Source: Candidatus Bathyarchaeota archaeon
GTDB lineage: Archaea > Thermoproteota > Bathyarchaeia > Bathyarchaeales > Bathycorpusculaceae
Length of the DNA stretch: 64,000 nt
Assembly (NCBI GenBank): GCA_963777155.1
Contig: CAVZPM010000034.1
Coordinates: 25,924-89,923 of the forward strand
Reading direction: 5' to 3'
The notes beneath the pieces were generated by a model, which made no database searches, was not told where the DNA came from, and worked only from the letters and a program-made list of their open reading frames with translations. Each line of letters opens with the position of its first letter. Position 1 is the stretch's first letter. Both the position numbers and the translations under genes were made by a program. Of the stretch, positions 40,893-51,836 are shown one piece after another.

Positions 40893-41444
40893 TTATTCTA
40901 CAACATACCTGTATGTTACGTGTTCGCCGGCAGTTGTGCTTTTTCGCGTAATTTTTAAAACGTCACCTGGTTTGGCGCCTATTGCTTTTACCGCTGGGTC
41001 GCCTGACTTGATTTGTGGCATCTGGTAAGGTTTCACTTTGAACTGTGCTAGAAGTGCGTTCTTTTCTTTTTCACTGAGAATTTCGTGGAACGGGACAAGT
41101 GCATGCTCAAAGATGTCGAAAACCGGGAATGACTTTGGCAGTAACTCCACTTTTTTCTTCTTCGCACCCAGTTTGACGGCGTGGGTATAGCGTCCTTCTG
41201 TGACTACGATGGCGCGGTCAAGTTCTTTTTCCTTCATGACCTTGTAGAGGGTATTCATGGCTGCTATGCCGACTGTGGCTTCGCCTAGAATGCACCAAAC
41301 GATAGCTTTCTCTTTGTCCTGTGGAATATCGATGATGTAGGCATATGCGCCTTCAAACTTTTCTTTTTCGATAAGCTTGTATTTTCTTAGTTTTATGAGA
41401 ACTTCAGCTTTCCTTTCTTCGATAGTTTCCATTTTGGTGCTCAA
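40893..41444 (-). CDS. rpo5: RNA polymerase subunit Rpo5/RpoH with an N-terminal Rpb5-like jaw domain
   Basis: C-terminal [10 protein letters not shown]...[11 protein letters not shown]...[23 protein letters not shown]; ~100-aa N-terminal extension. Start TTG 41444 or ATG 41432. Confidence 0.9.
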   Translation of the reverse strand: MSTKMETIEERKAEVLIKLRKYKLIEKEKFEGAYAYIIDIPQDKEKAIVWCILGEATVGIAAMNTLYKVMKEKELDRAIVVTEGRYTHAVKLGAKKKKVELLPKSFPVFDIFEHALVPFHEILSEKEKNALLAQFKVKPYQMPQIKSGDPAVKAIGAKPGDVLKITRKSTTAGEHVTYRYVVE

Positions 41445-41578
41445 ACCACAACCCTCAAGGATAGAATACTCGCAACCTAAAACAAACATTTACCCTTAAA
41501 CTTTATGGTTTATAAAACGTAATATTGTGTACAACTTTATTTTTTGCGTAAGAGTAAAATTCAAAATTAAGGTATGTG

Positions 41579-41632
41579 GTTGTTGCAACTGTGTGCGGGG
41601 ATATGGGTTGCAACAACAACAGCAACAACAAC
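41579..41632. repeat. 11-bp inverted repeat plus (CAA)n tract upstream of rpo5
   Basis: GTTGTTGCAAC (41579-41589) and GTTGCAACAAC (41607-41617); CAA CAA CAA CAG CAA CAA CAA at 41611-41631. Confidence 0.75.
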
Positions 41633-41701
41633 TTCTCTTAAACTGCATTTGTGTTATATCAACTTCAGGTTCTTTGCGCATTACAAAATGAGAAATTAAG
41701 G

Positions 41702-42281
41702 TTAGGCTTTTACCAATTTGTAGCCCATCTTGTTGCCCATCCCATACGTGTACGCTAAGTTGATTATCAAAATTGCCATAGCTTCAAGATATCGAGCGGC
41801 TTTAAGTGGTCCACAGTCAACTGGGTCAAACCCAATGTCACTGGTTAACTGTGCCACCGTTTGTTTAGCTTTCAAATCATCTCCCGCGATAAAAGCAGTT
41901 AACTGTTCGCTTCCAACTTTTGCGGTGCTCTGGTTTTGCGCAAATACAGTGTTGAATGCTTTTACCACTTTAGCTTTGGGTAGTTTCTTCTGGGTTTCTT
42001 CCGCGGATGAAGTTGTGCAACTAATTCCCAAATCCATATTTTCGCCAATTGCGTTCATTACGTCGATTACGATTTTTCCGTCAGCATACGGTTTTATTGC
42101 TTCTCTTGCGTCGTTGGCGTTTTCGTGTGGCACTGCAAGGATGATTACTTCTCCCCATTTTGCTGCTTCAGCGACTGGTTCAGCTGGATCTCGGTGTCCA
42201 AATTTTGTTTCGTGTCGTTTTGCTTAGACCATTGCTGAGTGCGCTGCCCACGTTGCCTTTTCCGATAATTGCTATTTTCAT
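41702..42281 (-). CDS. NADPH-dependent F420 reductase family oxidoreductase (frameshift near 42215)
   Basis: ATG 42281 MKIAIIGKGNVGSAL then GEVIILAVP, VVKAFNT, GFDPVDCGPL..ARYLE. Confidence 0.8.
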
Positions 42282-42556
42282 GACTTGTATCCTCAAAAGA
42301 ATATAGTTTTGATTGGGTTCTTTAGAAGTTGTGACTGTATGGTGCCTACAACAAAGGCTTCTATGGGAAACATAGGGGTTAATGATGAATTATGCGTCGG
42401 AGAAGATTATTCACTTTATTAATCCTAAAATTAAACTTCTGAACTAACTTAGTCCACCGATATTTTTTTACGGCTGAACCATTCGGGAAATCCCTTAAAT
42501 GTTCGGGGCAATAGCTATTTATTAAAAAGAACACTTTACTCTTAATGTGATAATTT

Positions 42557-44174
42557 ATGAGCCAAAATCAAATGTTCTGTTACCAGTGTGAACAAACCGC
42601 CAAAGGAACAGGCTGCACGGTTGCAGGTGTCTGCGGAAAAACCGCTGACGTCGCGAACCTCCAAGACCTTTTAGTCTACAAGTTACGAGAACTTAGCCAA
42701 CTCGTCATCGAAGCACAAAAAACAGGTTTTAGAGATGAAAAAATCAATGTCTTCACTGCAGAAGCTCTATTCGTAACCTTGACCAACGTGAACTTTGATC
42801 CCGAAGCCATCGCTGTTTACATAAGAAAAACCGCCGAGATGCATGATCAACTACACAAGCAGCTAAAAGTCAAAGCAGATTATCTTCCTTTAGCGCCTAC
42901 TATCGAAGGCATGGTCGCTCAGGGAAAACAACATGGAATAAACGCTGACCCCACAATGGACCCTGACCTGCACGGATTACAATGGTTGCTTACCTACGGG
43001 ATTAAAGGGTGTCTCAGCCTACGCATATCACGCTTACCTGTTGGGCAAAAAAGACAACAAAGTATTCGATTTCATCCACGAAGGATTGGTAGCTCCTTTC
43101 AACAAGTCGCTTGGCGTAAACGACTTTGTCGGCTTAGTTTTCAAATGCGGGGAAATTAACATTCGGGCCATGGAACTGCTTGATGCTGGCAATACTGAAA
43201 CCTACGGTCACCCAGTTCCAACAAAAGTGCCCCTTGGACACAAAAAGGGTAAAGCCATCGTTGTTTCAGGACACGACCTAATCGACTTGGAACAAATACT
43301 AAAGCAGACTCAGGGCACAGGAATCACCGTCTACACTCATGGAGAAATGCTTCCCACACACGGCTACCCAGAGCTCAAAAAATACCCTAACTTCTATGGA
43401 CACTACGGAACCGCATGGCAAAACCAACAAAAAGAATTCGCACAGTTCCCAGGCGCCATCTTGATGACAACCAACTGCATCCAACGCCCCATCGAAAGCT
43501 ACAAAGCCAACATTTTCACCGCTGGACCCGTTGGCTACCCAGGAGTACCTCACATAAAGGGCAAAGACTTCTCGCCAGTAATCCAGAAAGCCCTATCACT
43601 TCCAGGCTTCCCCGACGACGTCGAAGGCAAAACTGTCTTAGTGGGCTTTGGCAGAAACGCAGTGCTAAGCGTGGCTGGCAAAGTCATCGATTCAGTCAAG
43701 AGCGGGCACATCAAACGCTTCATACTCGTCGGCGGATGCGACGGCGCAAAACCCGGACGCAGCTACTACACCGAATTCGTAGAAAAAGCACCCAAAGACA
43801 CAATCATCCTAACCCTGGCATGCGGCAAATTCCGATTCTTCGACAAGGAACTAGGAACAATCGATGACATTCCACGTTTACTTGACATCGGGCAATGCAA
43901 CGACGCTTACTCTGCAGTCAAAATAGCTTTGGCATTAGCAGATGCTTTCAAAGTCGGAGTCAATGACCTGCCTCTGTCGATGGTGCTATCATGGTATGAA
44001 CAGAAAGCCGTCGCCATTCTTCTGTCGCTGCTCTATCTGGGAATAAAAGACATGCGAATCGGACCAAGCTTACCAGCATTCATAACCCCAAACATACTCA
44101 ACGTGCTCGTCGAAAAATTCAACATAATGCCAATCAAAACACCCGACGAAGACCTCAAAGCAATAATGAAATAA
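42557..44174 (+). CDS. hcp: Hybrid cluster protein / hydroxylamine reductase (frameshift near 43010)
   Basis: MFCYQCEQT..GCT..GVCGK, SGHDL, YTHGEMLPTH, GGCDG, DIGQCND, SWYEQKA. Confidence 0.95.
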
Positions 44175-44294
44175 ACCACCCCTATCCCTTTTTTAGGGTT
44201 CTTTTCTTTAATTTTCTTAGCCATAATTATTTCAAAAAAACAGCAAAAACGCTTTATTTCAGTTGCTTGCCTAAGGGGAGGCGAGGAGAAGCGG

Positions 44295-45200
44295 TTGCCT
44301 AATTCACTGTTTAGCACAAAAAGTAAAGCCGTCTTCTTCACGATTTTGGCAGGCGCTCTATGGGGCACGTCGTTTCCAATAATCAAAATCGGGTTAGAAA
44401 CCATTGACCCTTTCACTTTCGTTTTTTGGCGTTTCTTAGTATCCACCGTCACCTTAGTTGTGGTTATGTTGACTTCTGCGGAAATTAGAGTTCAAGATAA
44501 CAGACAAAAAAATGCTTGATTTTTTTGGGAATTGCAAACGCTGCAGGTTACCTGCTCCAGTACGTCGGCGATGCCTTACACGACAGCGGCGAAGGCAGCT
44601 CTTATTCATCAACCTTAGCGCTATGTGGGTTGCGCTTCTGAGTCCCAAACTGCTCGGAGAAAGTTTTTCCCGAAAGAAAATTGTAGGTGTTCTCTTTGGG
44701 TTGATGGGTGTTGTTTTTGTTAGTACCAACTTGGATTTTTCGACTTTAGGTCAGGGACAGCTGGCTGGCGACTTGTTGCTTATCGTTTCAGGTTTCACTT
44801 GGGCGTTATTCATGATTTACAACAAAAAGCTAGTTATGAATTCAACTTTAGGCAACTTTTCAATCTATGACTTGGGTGCTTATCTTAACATTTCTATCCA
44901 TTGTGCCGTTTACGGTTTTGTCGGGACCGGGCTTTTTTGACCTTGTCAGGTTGGGCTTGGCTGGCAATTATTTGGACCGCAATCGTTTGTTGGGTTATTC
45001 CTTACTATTTGTGGCTTGAAGGGCTCAAGCATCTTTCAGCTTCCACTTCTACAGTTCTGCTTTTGTCAGAAATCGTGGTTGCTGTCGTCGCCTCAGTGGT
45101 TGTCTTAAAAGAACCACTAACCGTTTTCTCAACTGTCGGCGCCTTCTTCATAGTCATTGCTATAGCGCTTGTCTCAGTTAGAGACAAAATGAACGTATGA
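44295..45200 (+). CDS. DMT/EamA family transporter (several frameshifts)
   Basis: LWGTSFPIIK, LLGESFS, YYLWLEGLKHLSAST spread over 3-4 frames. Confidence 0.75.
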
Positions 45201-45286
45201 AAAAATATAAATGAAACATTTTGATTGAATGCTTAAGCTTAAATACATAAAGCCTCAGAAATATGGGCTGGGGAGAAACCAAAAAA

Positions 45287-46147
45287 ATGGCAAAAATATT
45301 AACTGTAGCTTTAGTTGTTATAATGCTCGTTGTAGGCTTCGGTGTAGGATTAATCTCAAGTCCATTCCTTTTAGCGCAAAACTCGTCAACCACAGATACA
45401 GTTTGGGCAAACATCCAGACAGACAAAAGTCATCAAAGTCGGCACAGACCCAACATGGCCACCTTACCAACTACGTGATAACGCAACTGGCAAAATCGTA
45501 GGCTTCGAAGTTGACTTAGCAAACGCATGTGCAGCAAAACTGGGCTTGACAATCCAATGGAAAGATGTAGCTTTCGACAACATCATCCTCTCTGTTCAAA
45601 ACGGCCAACTTGATATGGGTGTCAGTGGCTTCTCAATAACACCAGAAAGACTAGACCAAGTTTCTTTCACTTTACCTCACAGCACCACCGAAGGACAAGT
45701 AGTAATGCTTCAGAGCGCAATGGACGCCAAGCATATAACCCTGTAACGCTCGATACACACACACCGTAAACTCGCTTGCAGACCTCAAAACCTTAGGCAT
45801 CACGGTTGGAGTACAAACTGGAAACGTTGAACAAGAAGAACTTCAAGACAGCAGGCGTATCATATGCAGATCATGGAGTGACTCAGCATCACCCTTCCAA
45901 GACATGGTCAGCGCAAACCCAAGCGTACAAGCAGTATACGCTGAAACACCAATCACCACCACATGGATTGCTCAATTCGCAGCACAAGGAATCAACAGTC
46001 GGCGTTGTATACAAACACCCATACTACCCAGTTGCATTCCTAACCGCCAAAGGCTCACACACTCTTCTTGACAAAATGGACGGCGCACTAGCACAACTAA
46101 TCTACGACGGAACAGTAGACCAACTGAAAGCAAAATGGCATGCATAA
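45287..46147 (+). CDS. Polar amino-acid ABC transporter substrate-binding protein (multiple frameshifts)
   Basis: VGTDPTWPP, GFEVDLA, FDNIILSVQNGQLDMGVSGFSITPER, VGVQTG, DGTVDQLKAKW in different frames. Confidence 0.75.
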
Positions 46148-46165
46148 ACACAAACGTGATTAGTA

Positions 46166-46826
46166 TTGGATGTTTGGCAACAACTAATCTTCCTCTTGGA
46201 AGGAGTACCATTAACTCTTTCCATTTCTATCATTTCTTTTTTAGTCGGTATAGCTATCGGTTTGCCACTTGCATTCATCAGAGTTTACGAAAAAGAAATC
46301 AGTTTTGTAGTTGACGCTTACGAAAAAATTTTGCGTGGAATCCCTGAAATCGTTTTGATGTTATTATTCTATTTCGGTTTAGGACCATTTTTTCCAGTTC
46401 CATTTGGCAACGCCTTCTTTGTAGCAGCTTCGTGTTAGGACTTAAGAAGCGGAGCAAACCAATCACAGATTTATAGAGGCGCAATTCGCGGTGTTGGAGA
46501 TGAACAGATGATTGCAGGTATGTCTGTTGGTTTCTCAAAATGGAGATGCAATCTGGCACATTATGGTTCCACAAGTTTTCACTTTCTCCACTCCAGGTTT
46601 AGGCAGCGAATATGCTTTACTCATTAAAGACTCAGCTTATGTTTACGTTATCGGCGGTTTAGCAGAAATAATGACGAGATCAATACAACTAAAAAGCATT
46701 CCACCATACGATGTTCGTAACACCGTTTCGTTCTTGCAGCCATTCTCTATATTGCATTAACTTTCCCAATTGCCTTCTGCGCTTGACAGATGGGGAAACA
46801 AAAGAAAGAAGAAAATAGGATTGTAA
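46166..46826 (+). CDS. Polar amino-acid ABC transporter permease (frameshifted)
   Basis: LRGIPEIV, SGANQSQIYRGAI, EYALLIKDSA. Confidence 0.75.
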
Positions 46827-46830
46827 AAAA

Positions 46831-47616
46831 ATGACTGACTTTGTGATGGAAGCAAAAAACGTATACAAAACTTATACAATAAAAGGTGACAAAAAAGAGA
46901 GACACAAAGATAGTTGAAGCAGTCAAAGATGTTTCACTGCAAATCCGAAAAGGCGACATTAAACTAATTTTTGGACCCAGTGGCTCAGGAAAAAGCACTT
47001 TTCTACGTTGCATGGCTATGCTTGATATCCCAGATAAAGGCGAAATCTACCTTGGTGACGAATGCTTAACTAAACCTGGCGTTGACTTAAACAAAGCTCG
47101 TGCAAGAATCGGATTTGTTTTTCAACATATTTACTTGTTCCGTCATCTCACCGCTTTAGGCAACGTTGAGTTGGCGCTTAGGCAAGTGCTAAAACTGCCC
47201 AAAGAAGAAGCTCGCAAACGTGCGTTAGCAGCTCTTAACGGAAGTTAAAGTCACTGATTGCGTTAACAAGTATCCCTCCCAAATGTCAGGTGGACAAGCG
47301 CAACGTGTAGGCATAGCCCGAGCCATAGCCCGAAACCCAGACATCATACTGCTTGATGAACCCACTTCAGCATTAGACCCTGAACTTACAGGAGAAGTCA
47401 TCGATACGCTGCGCGATTTAGCCAAAGAAGGCACAACAATGCTTATTGTGAGCCATGAAATGCCTTTTGCCAAAGAAGTCGCTGAAGAAATGATATTCTA
47501 TGATGAAGGACACAATAGTCGAAACTGGACCTCCTTCACTATTCTTTAATGCGCCAAATACTGATCGAGCAAAACAATTCATGACAAGAATCATTAATCG
47601 AACAACAAGGGAATAA
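46831..47616 (+). CDS. Polar amino-acid ABC transporter ATPase (frameshifted)
   Basis: GPSGSGKST, MSGGQAQRVGIARA, LDEPTSALDPEL, SHEM. Confidence 0.8.
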
Positions 47617-47620
47617 TTGA

Positions 47621-48318
47621 ATGTTTGAATTCCTCTTCAACCCCAATGTATCACACGTGGATCCTTCAAGGGTTATCTCTAACAGTAGAAATTACTCTGT
47701 TCGGAGTTCTTTTGGGGTTAGGATTAGGAACACTGCTGGCAATTGGCGACATTTACGGCGGAAAACTTGTACAAGGCAGTCATCGCCGTCTATGTTGAAT
47801 TCTTCAGAGGAAGCCCCTTGTTTGTGCAACTATTTATTGCAGTATACACTGTGCCAGCAATACTCAACCTCCAGATTGATCATTATCTTTTTGGCTTTCT
47901 TGGTTTTTGGATTAAACAGTGCTGCCTACCAGAAAGGCTACATGAAAGGCGCAATGCAAACCATATTTAGATGATCAAATGGCAGGCAGGTCTATCAGTG
48001 GGAATGTCAAAAATTCAAACGCTTCGCCACGTAATTCTGCCACAAGCTTACCGAATAGTTATTCCCTCTTGGACCAACGAGTTCTGTTCCTTAACAAAAA
48101 GTACCGCCACATTAGCATTTCGTAGGCTTACTCGACTTAGTCAGGCGCAGGTCTATCAATCAAAATGCAGCACTATGCAAATTCTTCCAGTATGGATTGT
48201 TATTGGGCTAATCTATTTGGTGTGGATAACTGGATTCTCAAAGATAATGGATATTATTTATGAGAAAAAGAAGATACCTGGCGTAGAACTTGCTGATGCA
48301 GTAAACGCTTATGCCTTA
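47621..48318 (+). CDS. Second polar amino-acid ABC transporter permease (frameshifted; end approximate)
   Basis: YVEFFRGSPLFVQL, LNSAAYQ, VILPQAYRIVIPSWTNEF. Confidence 0.72.
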
Positions 48319-48891
48319 ATTTTTTTGATTAGCCACGCCATGTTTTTGCCCAAAGTCATCCATAGTTTTGAGTCCTTCCTCATCTTTCTCCACGTCGCCC
48401 TTTCCTAATCCGATGCCTATGTTCCAGTAGGATGAGCCGGGAACAATCATTTGGCTGATGAGGAAAAAGTGGTTTATGGCATCGAAGGTGGGTATGCCGC
48501 CTGCCCTGCGAACAGCCACCACAGCTGCGCCGACTTTTCGCTTAAACAAGTCTCCATTTGCCCTACCTACGAAGCCTGCTCGGTCAATGAGTGCCTTCAT
48601 TTCAGAGGTCATCATGGAAAAATACGTTGGGGAACCAAGGATTATTCCGTCTGCCGCAACCATCTTTTCGATATAGAGGTTGACGTTGTCGTTTACTATT
48701 TTGCATTGCTTGTTTTGGATTTTTTTGCAGGTTCCACATGCAGTGCAGCCGTGGATTTGCTGGTCTGCCATCTGGATTAGCTCAGTTTCTATTCCTTCAC
48801 TTTCCAAAACACTTAGGACTCGTCGGATTAGAATGGCTGTGTTTCCGTCTTTTCTTGCACTCCCATTAAAAGCAACAACCTTCAAGACCAT
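48309..48891 (-). CDS. Iron-sulfur flavoprotein / multimeric flavodoxin family (C-terminal frameshift)
   Basis: FNGSARKDGNT, GCTACGTC...C, GSPTYF, RRAGG; the shifted frame ends LGKNMAWLIKKIKA*. Confidence 0.88.
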
Positions 48892-48937
48892 AACCTCTAA
48901 AAAATAAAGTTTAAGTAAGCATAAAAAAGTAACGCAA

Positions 48938-49887
48938 TCAAGCCCTATGGCTTTTGGTTCTTCGCCAAACAAGTAACGCTGCAACCGCAACTACCGCTGA
49001 CTAAAACACCCAAAACTATTAGTTCAATAGGCACTTTTGCTTCGGGAACGGGTAGTTTAACTGGGACTCTGCAACAGCGGATAGCGGTCACGATTCAAAG
49101 AGTCAATTATATACGGGGTATCGCCTAAGCCGTCATAGTTGCTGTCGGTTCCGTTGTAGTCACTCCAGAAGTTGCCCTCCTTGCCATCGTCCCAATTATG
49201 CGGTGGCTCACTCGCGTTAATGGATTCGCATCCGCATCCATTGAGCTGAACTAGGTTGTGTTCGAAATCGTTATGATTAACCTCAATGTCTGTTGGGATA
49301 ACATTGGTGTCTTTGTTGTTAAAGCCAAAAAATAGTCCCATCTGGTTATTAGCTATGTAGTTCTCGGTGATAGTTTGGTTTTCGCCTGAAACCAAAAGCC
49401 CCACGATGTTGTCGGAGAAGTTATTTCCTTTGACGGTGTTGTTTTTGGTCCAGACATACATGCCGATGCTGAAGTTCTTGATGTTTAAATTTTCAACTGT
49501 GATGCCGTCCACGTTTTCGCCTCCAAAGTCTACTCCTATGATGTAGTCGGCGAAAGTCCCGTTTGGGTCTTGGTTTGGTCCCTCACCGACAACCCAATTG
49601 TTGGTTGCCGTGCCGTTGTATGGTCCCCGAAGAGTGTAGCCTGCGCCATTCACTACTATGTTGCTTTTCTGTATAATGATGCGGGCATAGAGGTTGTCTG
49701 TGAAAGTGTAGGTGTCTCCGTTTTGTGTAATCGGCGCTGTTGAAGGTGAAACAGTGCCGTCTGGGAGAATGATTACCGTTGATAGAGGTTGCTGAGCGTT
49801 TGAGGGGTTAACCAAAACTGTGGGTGATAAAGCAAGCACTAAGAGCACCGATAGAACTAGCATTTTTCCCATTCGTAATTCCCTCAT
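48938..49887 (-). CDS. Secreted NosD-like right-handed beta-helix protein with C-terminal TM anchor (frameshifts at 3' end)
   Basis: Signal peptide, Asn-ladder repeats, WDDGKEGNFWSDYNGTD..DGLGDTPY...DRYPL; hydrophobic anchor in shifted frames. Confidence 0.8.
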
Positions 49888-51515
49888 TATTCCATCCCAA
49901 CGCTATCTGACTTATTTAACCAATTCCTCGACTTGCAAACTGTCTTTCCGACGAGTTTGAACTGCAGGCAATCCTCGTTGGGGCACATCTCGACACAGCG
50001 TAAACAGTAGATGCACTGGGAAGAGGCAACGTCGCCGCTTTTCTGCTCGTAGACTTCCTTGACTTGAGTAGGGCAAACCCTCTTACATATGCCGCATTTG
50101 GTACATTTCTCCTCCACCTTGTTTAGACGCACACCGCTGATCCATTTGAAGGGTGGAAAACGGTTAAACAATGCAATTAAGCCACCTAGTGGGCAGATTC
50201 TGCACCATGAACGACGGAAAAAGAACGCTGCTGCTGTAACTATTCCCAGTATGATGAGGTTGGTTGAGGTTATGTAGTAGCCCAGTTGCCAGAACTGCCC
50301 TGTGGTGCCTTGAGTAATCCAGTTTGTTCTCATCAGTCCAACGCTTGTTTCTGACAGGATGCAGAGGGGTTTCATGGGGCAGACTTGGCAGAATGGTGCA
50401 GAGAAGTAGGTGTAGACAAAGCCGCCTTTCTGTGTTCCGCTGACCACCTGTGTGCCTGTGAGTGCTTGCGAAGCGAAAATAACGCTTAAAATTATTATGA
50501 GTGCCAATATGAGGTAGCTAAGCTGATGGAACCGCTCGTTGAATCTGTCTGAGAAGTTCCGTCTTTTTATCTTGAGTGCTTTTCGTAGTCGCGTCATCAA
50601 ATCAACGTATAAGCCAAAGGGGCAAACCCAACCACACCAAACTCGTCCCAAAATAATCGCTGCTAAGATTATTATGCCGAAGACCACTGCTAACCTTTCC
50701 AAACCAGCAGAGTCGTAGTGTACTCCCCAACCGCCGCCAACATTGAAAAATGGGTAAATGTAAGCTTGAATTTGCCATAGCGCGCAAGTAGAGATTCTGC
50801 CACATGGGTAGAAGCAACCAAAGAAAGGCGCAGGAAGTCCATCGGGCATGCCCACACCAAACACATTGGTTGCAATGTCGATTTCATGGGGGGCGATTTG
50901 AGCCGCCGGAACTGGCAAGCCATAGTGGTCGACGAATATGCCTGCGAAAAGAACAAAGATTAACCCTATTTGAATGAACAAGCGTAAAGAACTAATTTTC
51001 CTGGTTTGGTTGCGCGTACCAAAATAGAGCGCTACTGTGCCTACGCTTAAGAAAGCAGCAGTTACACCGATAATACTCCAATTTGGCTTCCAAGTTTGAG
51101 TTGTGACGGGGCTTGGCGCTGGAGCATTAGGGTTCTCTGGATCAGTGACTTGGGCAAATAATCTATCGCATATGTGCCCATCTATAGCAAAAATGTTCCA
51201 GTACCCCGACATGTCAAGTTTTAATGTGGCTGAAAAATTGCCTGTTACTGGATCAGTTAACGGGTACACTTCTATGAAGCTGTAGTCAGGTCTGGTGAAA
51301 GCGATTCTCACGGTTTTGTTCTCTGCCGGAGGACACACCTGACCTGTTACAGTGACGGTTTGGTTTAGAGACACTTGAGTGCGGTCAATGTCTGCTGAGA
51401 TGTGGGGACCATAACAGGAGTCAACGGGAGCAACATCAACACTCAAAAAGTAGGCAGCGATGATCACTGCAGCAGATAAGCAGAGGAGCGTGCGCTGTTT
51501 AATGTTCACCCACAC
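49887..51515 (-). CDS. Membrane 4Fe-4S protein (NapH/MauN/NosR C-terminal-like) with N-terminal exported Ig-like domain
   Basis: GRVWCGWVCPFG, FCQVCP, WCRICPLG, CTKCGICKRVCP, CIYCLRCVEMCP. Confidence 0.85.
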   Translation of the reverse strand: MWVNIKQRTLLCLSAAVIIAAYFLSVDVAPVDSCYGPHISADIDRTQVSLNQTVTVTGQVCPPAENKTVRIAFTRPDYSFIEVYPLTDPVTGNFSATLKLDMSGYWNIFAIDGHICDRLFAQVTDPENPNAPAPSPVTTQTWKPNWSIIGVTAAFLSVGTVALYFGTRNQTRKISSLRLFIQIGLIFVLFAGIFVDHYGLPVPAAQIAPHEIDIATNVFGVGMPDGLPAPFFGCFYPCGRISTCALWQIQAYIYPFFNVGGGWGVHYDSAGLERLAVVFGIIILAAIILGRVWCGWVCPFGLYVDLMTRLRKALKIKRRNFSDRFNERFHQLSYLILALIIILSVIFASQALTGTQVVSGTQKGGFVYTYFSAPFCQVCPMKPLCILSETSVGLMRTNWITQGTTGQFWQLGYYITSTNLIILGIVTAAAFFFRRSWCRICPLGGLIALFNRFPPFKWISGVRLNKVEEKCTKCGICKRVCPTQVKEVYEQKSGDVASSQCIYCLRCVEMCPNEDCLQFKLVGKTVCKSRNWLNKSDSVGME

Positions 51516-51629
51516 CTACGCAAGCTCGTAAGGTTTCATTGTTCATATATCTTTTCAAAGAACCTCTACCTTCTTTGCCCTTCATTGTTCTCACTTGAGT
51601 CCACATTGACTTGGAAATAAATCCTTTTT

Positions 51630-51647
51630 CGTCAAGGTTTCTTGACT
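51630..51647. promoter_or_regulatory. Third copy of the 18-bp palindromic operator
   Basis: CGTCAAGGTTTCTTGACT, 17/18 identical to the 21182 site, ~115 bp upstream of the 4Fe-4S gene. Confidence 0.6.
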
Positions 51648-51836
51648 AAACTAAAATCTCAGGAAAAGAATCCCAATAAAACAAAGTGATTCCAAAATCC
51701 GGGACGTATTCGGCTCTCTTTAGAGACTCCTTACAAAACTCTTGCAGAGTAGTAGGGTATGATCTTATTGACAGTTTTCTGTCTTCATTAGTAAGTAAGA
51801 AATCAATGCTTATGGTATGATCTCCATTAAAAAAGT

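Noticed and set aside
41496-41681. 61-aa ORF with seven consecutive Cys
   Set aside because: The poly-Cys is the antisense reading of the CAA tract; there is no other coding evidence.
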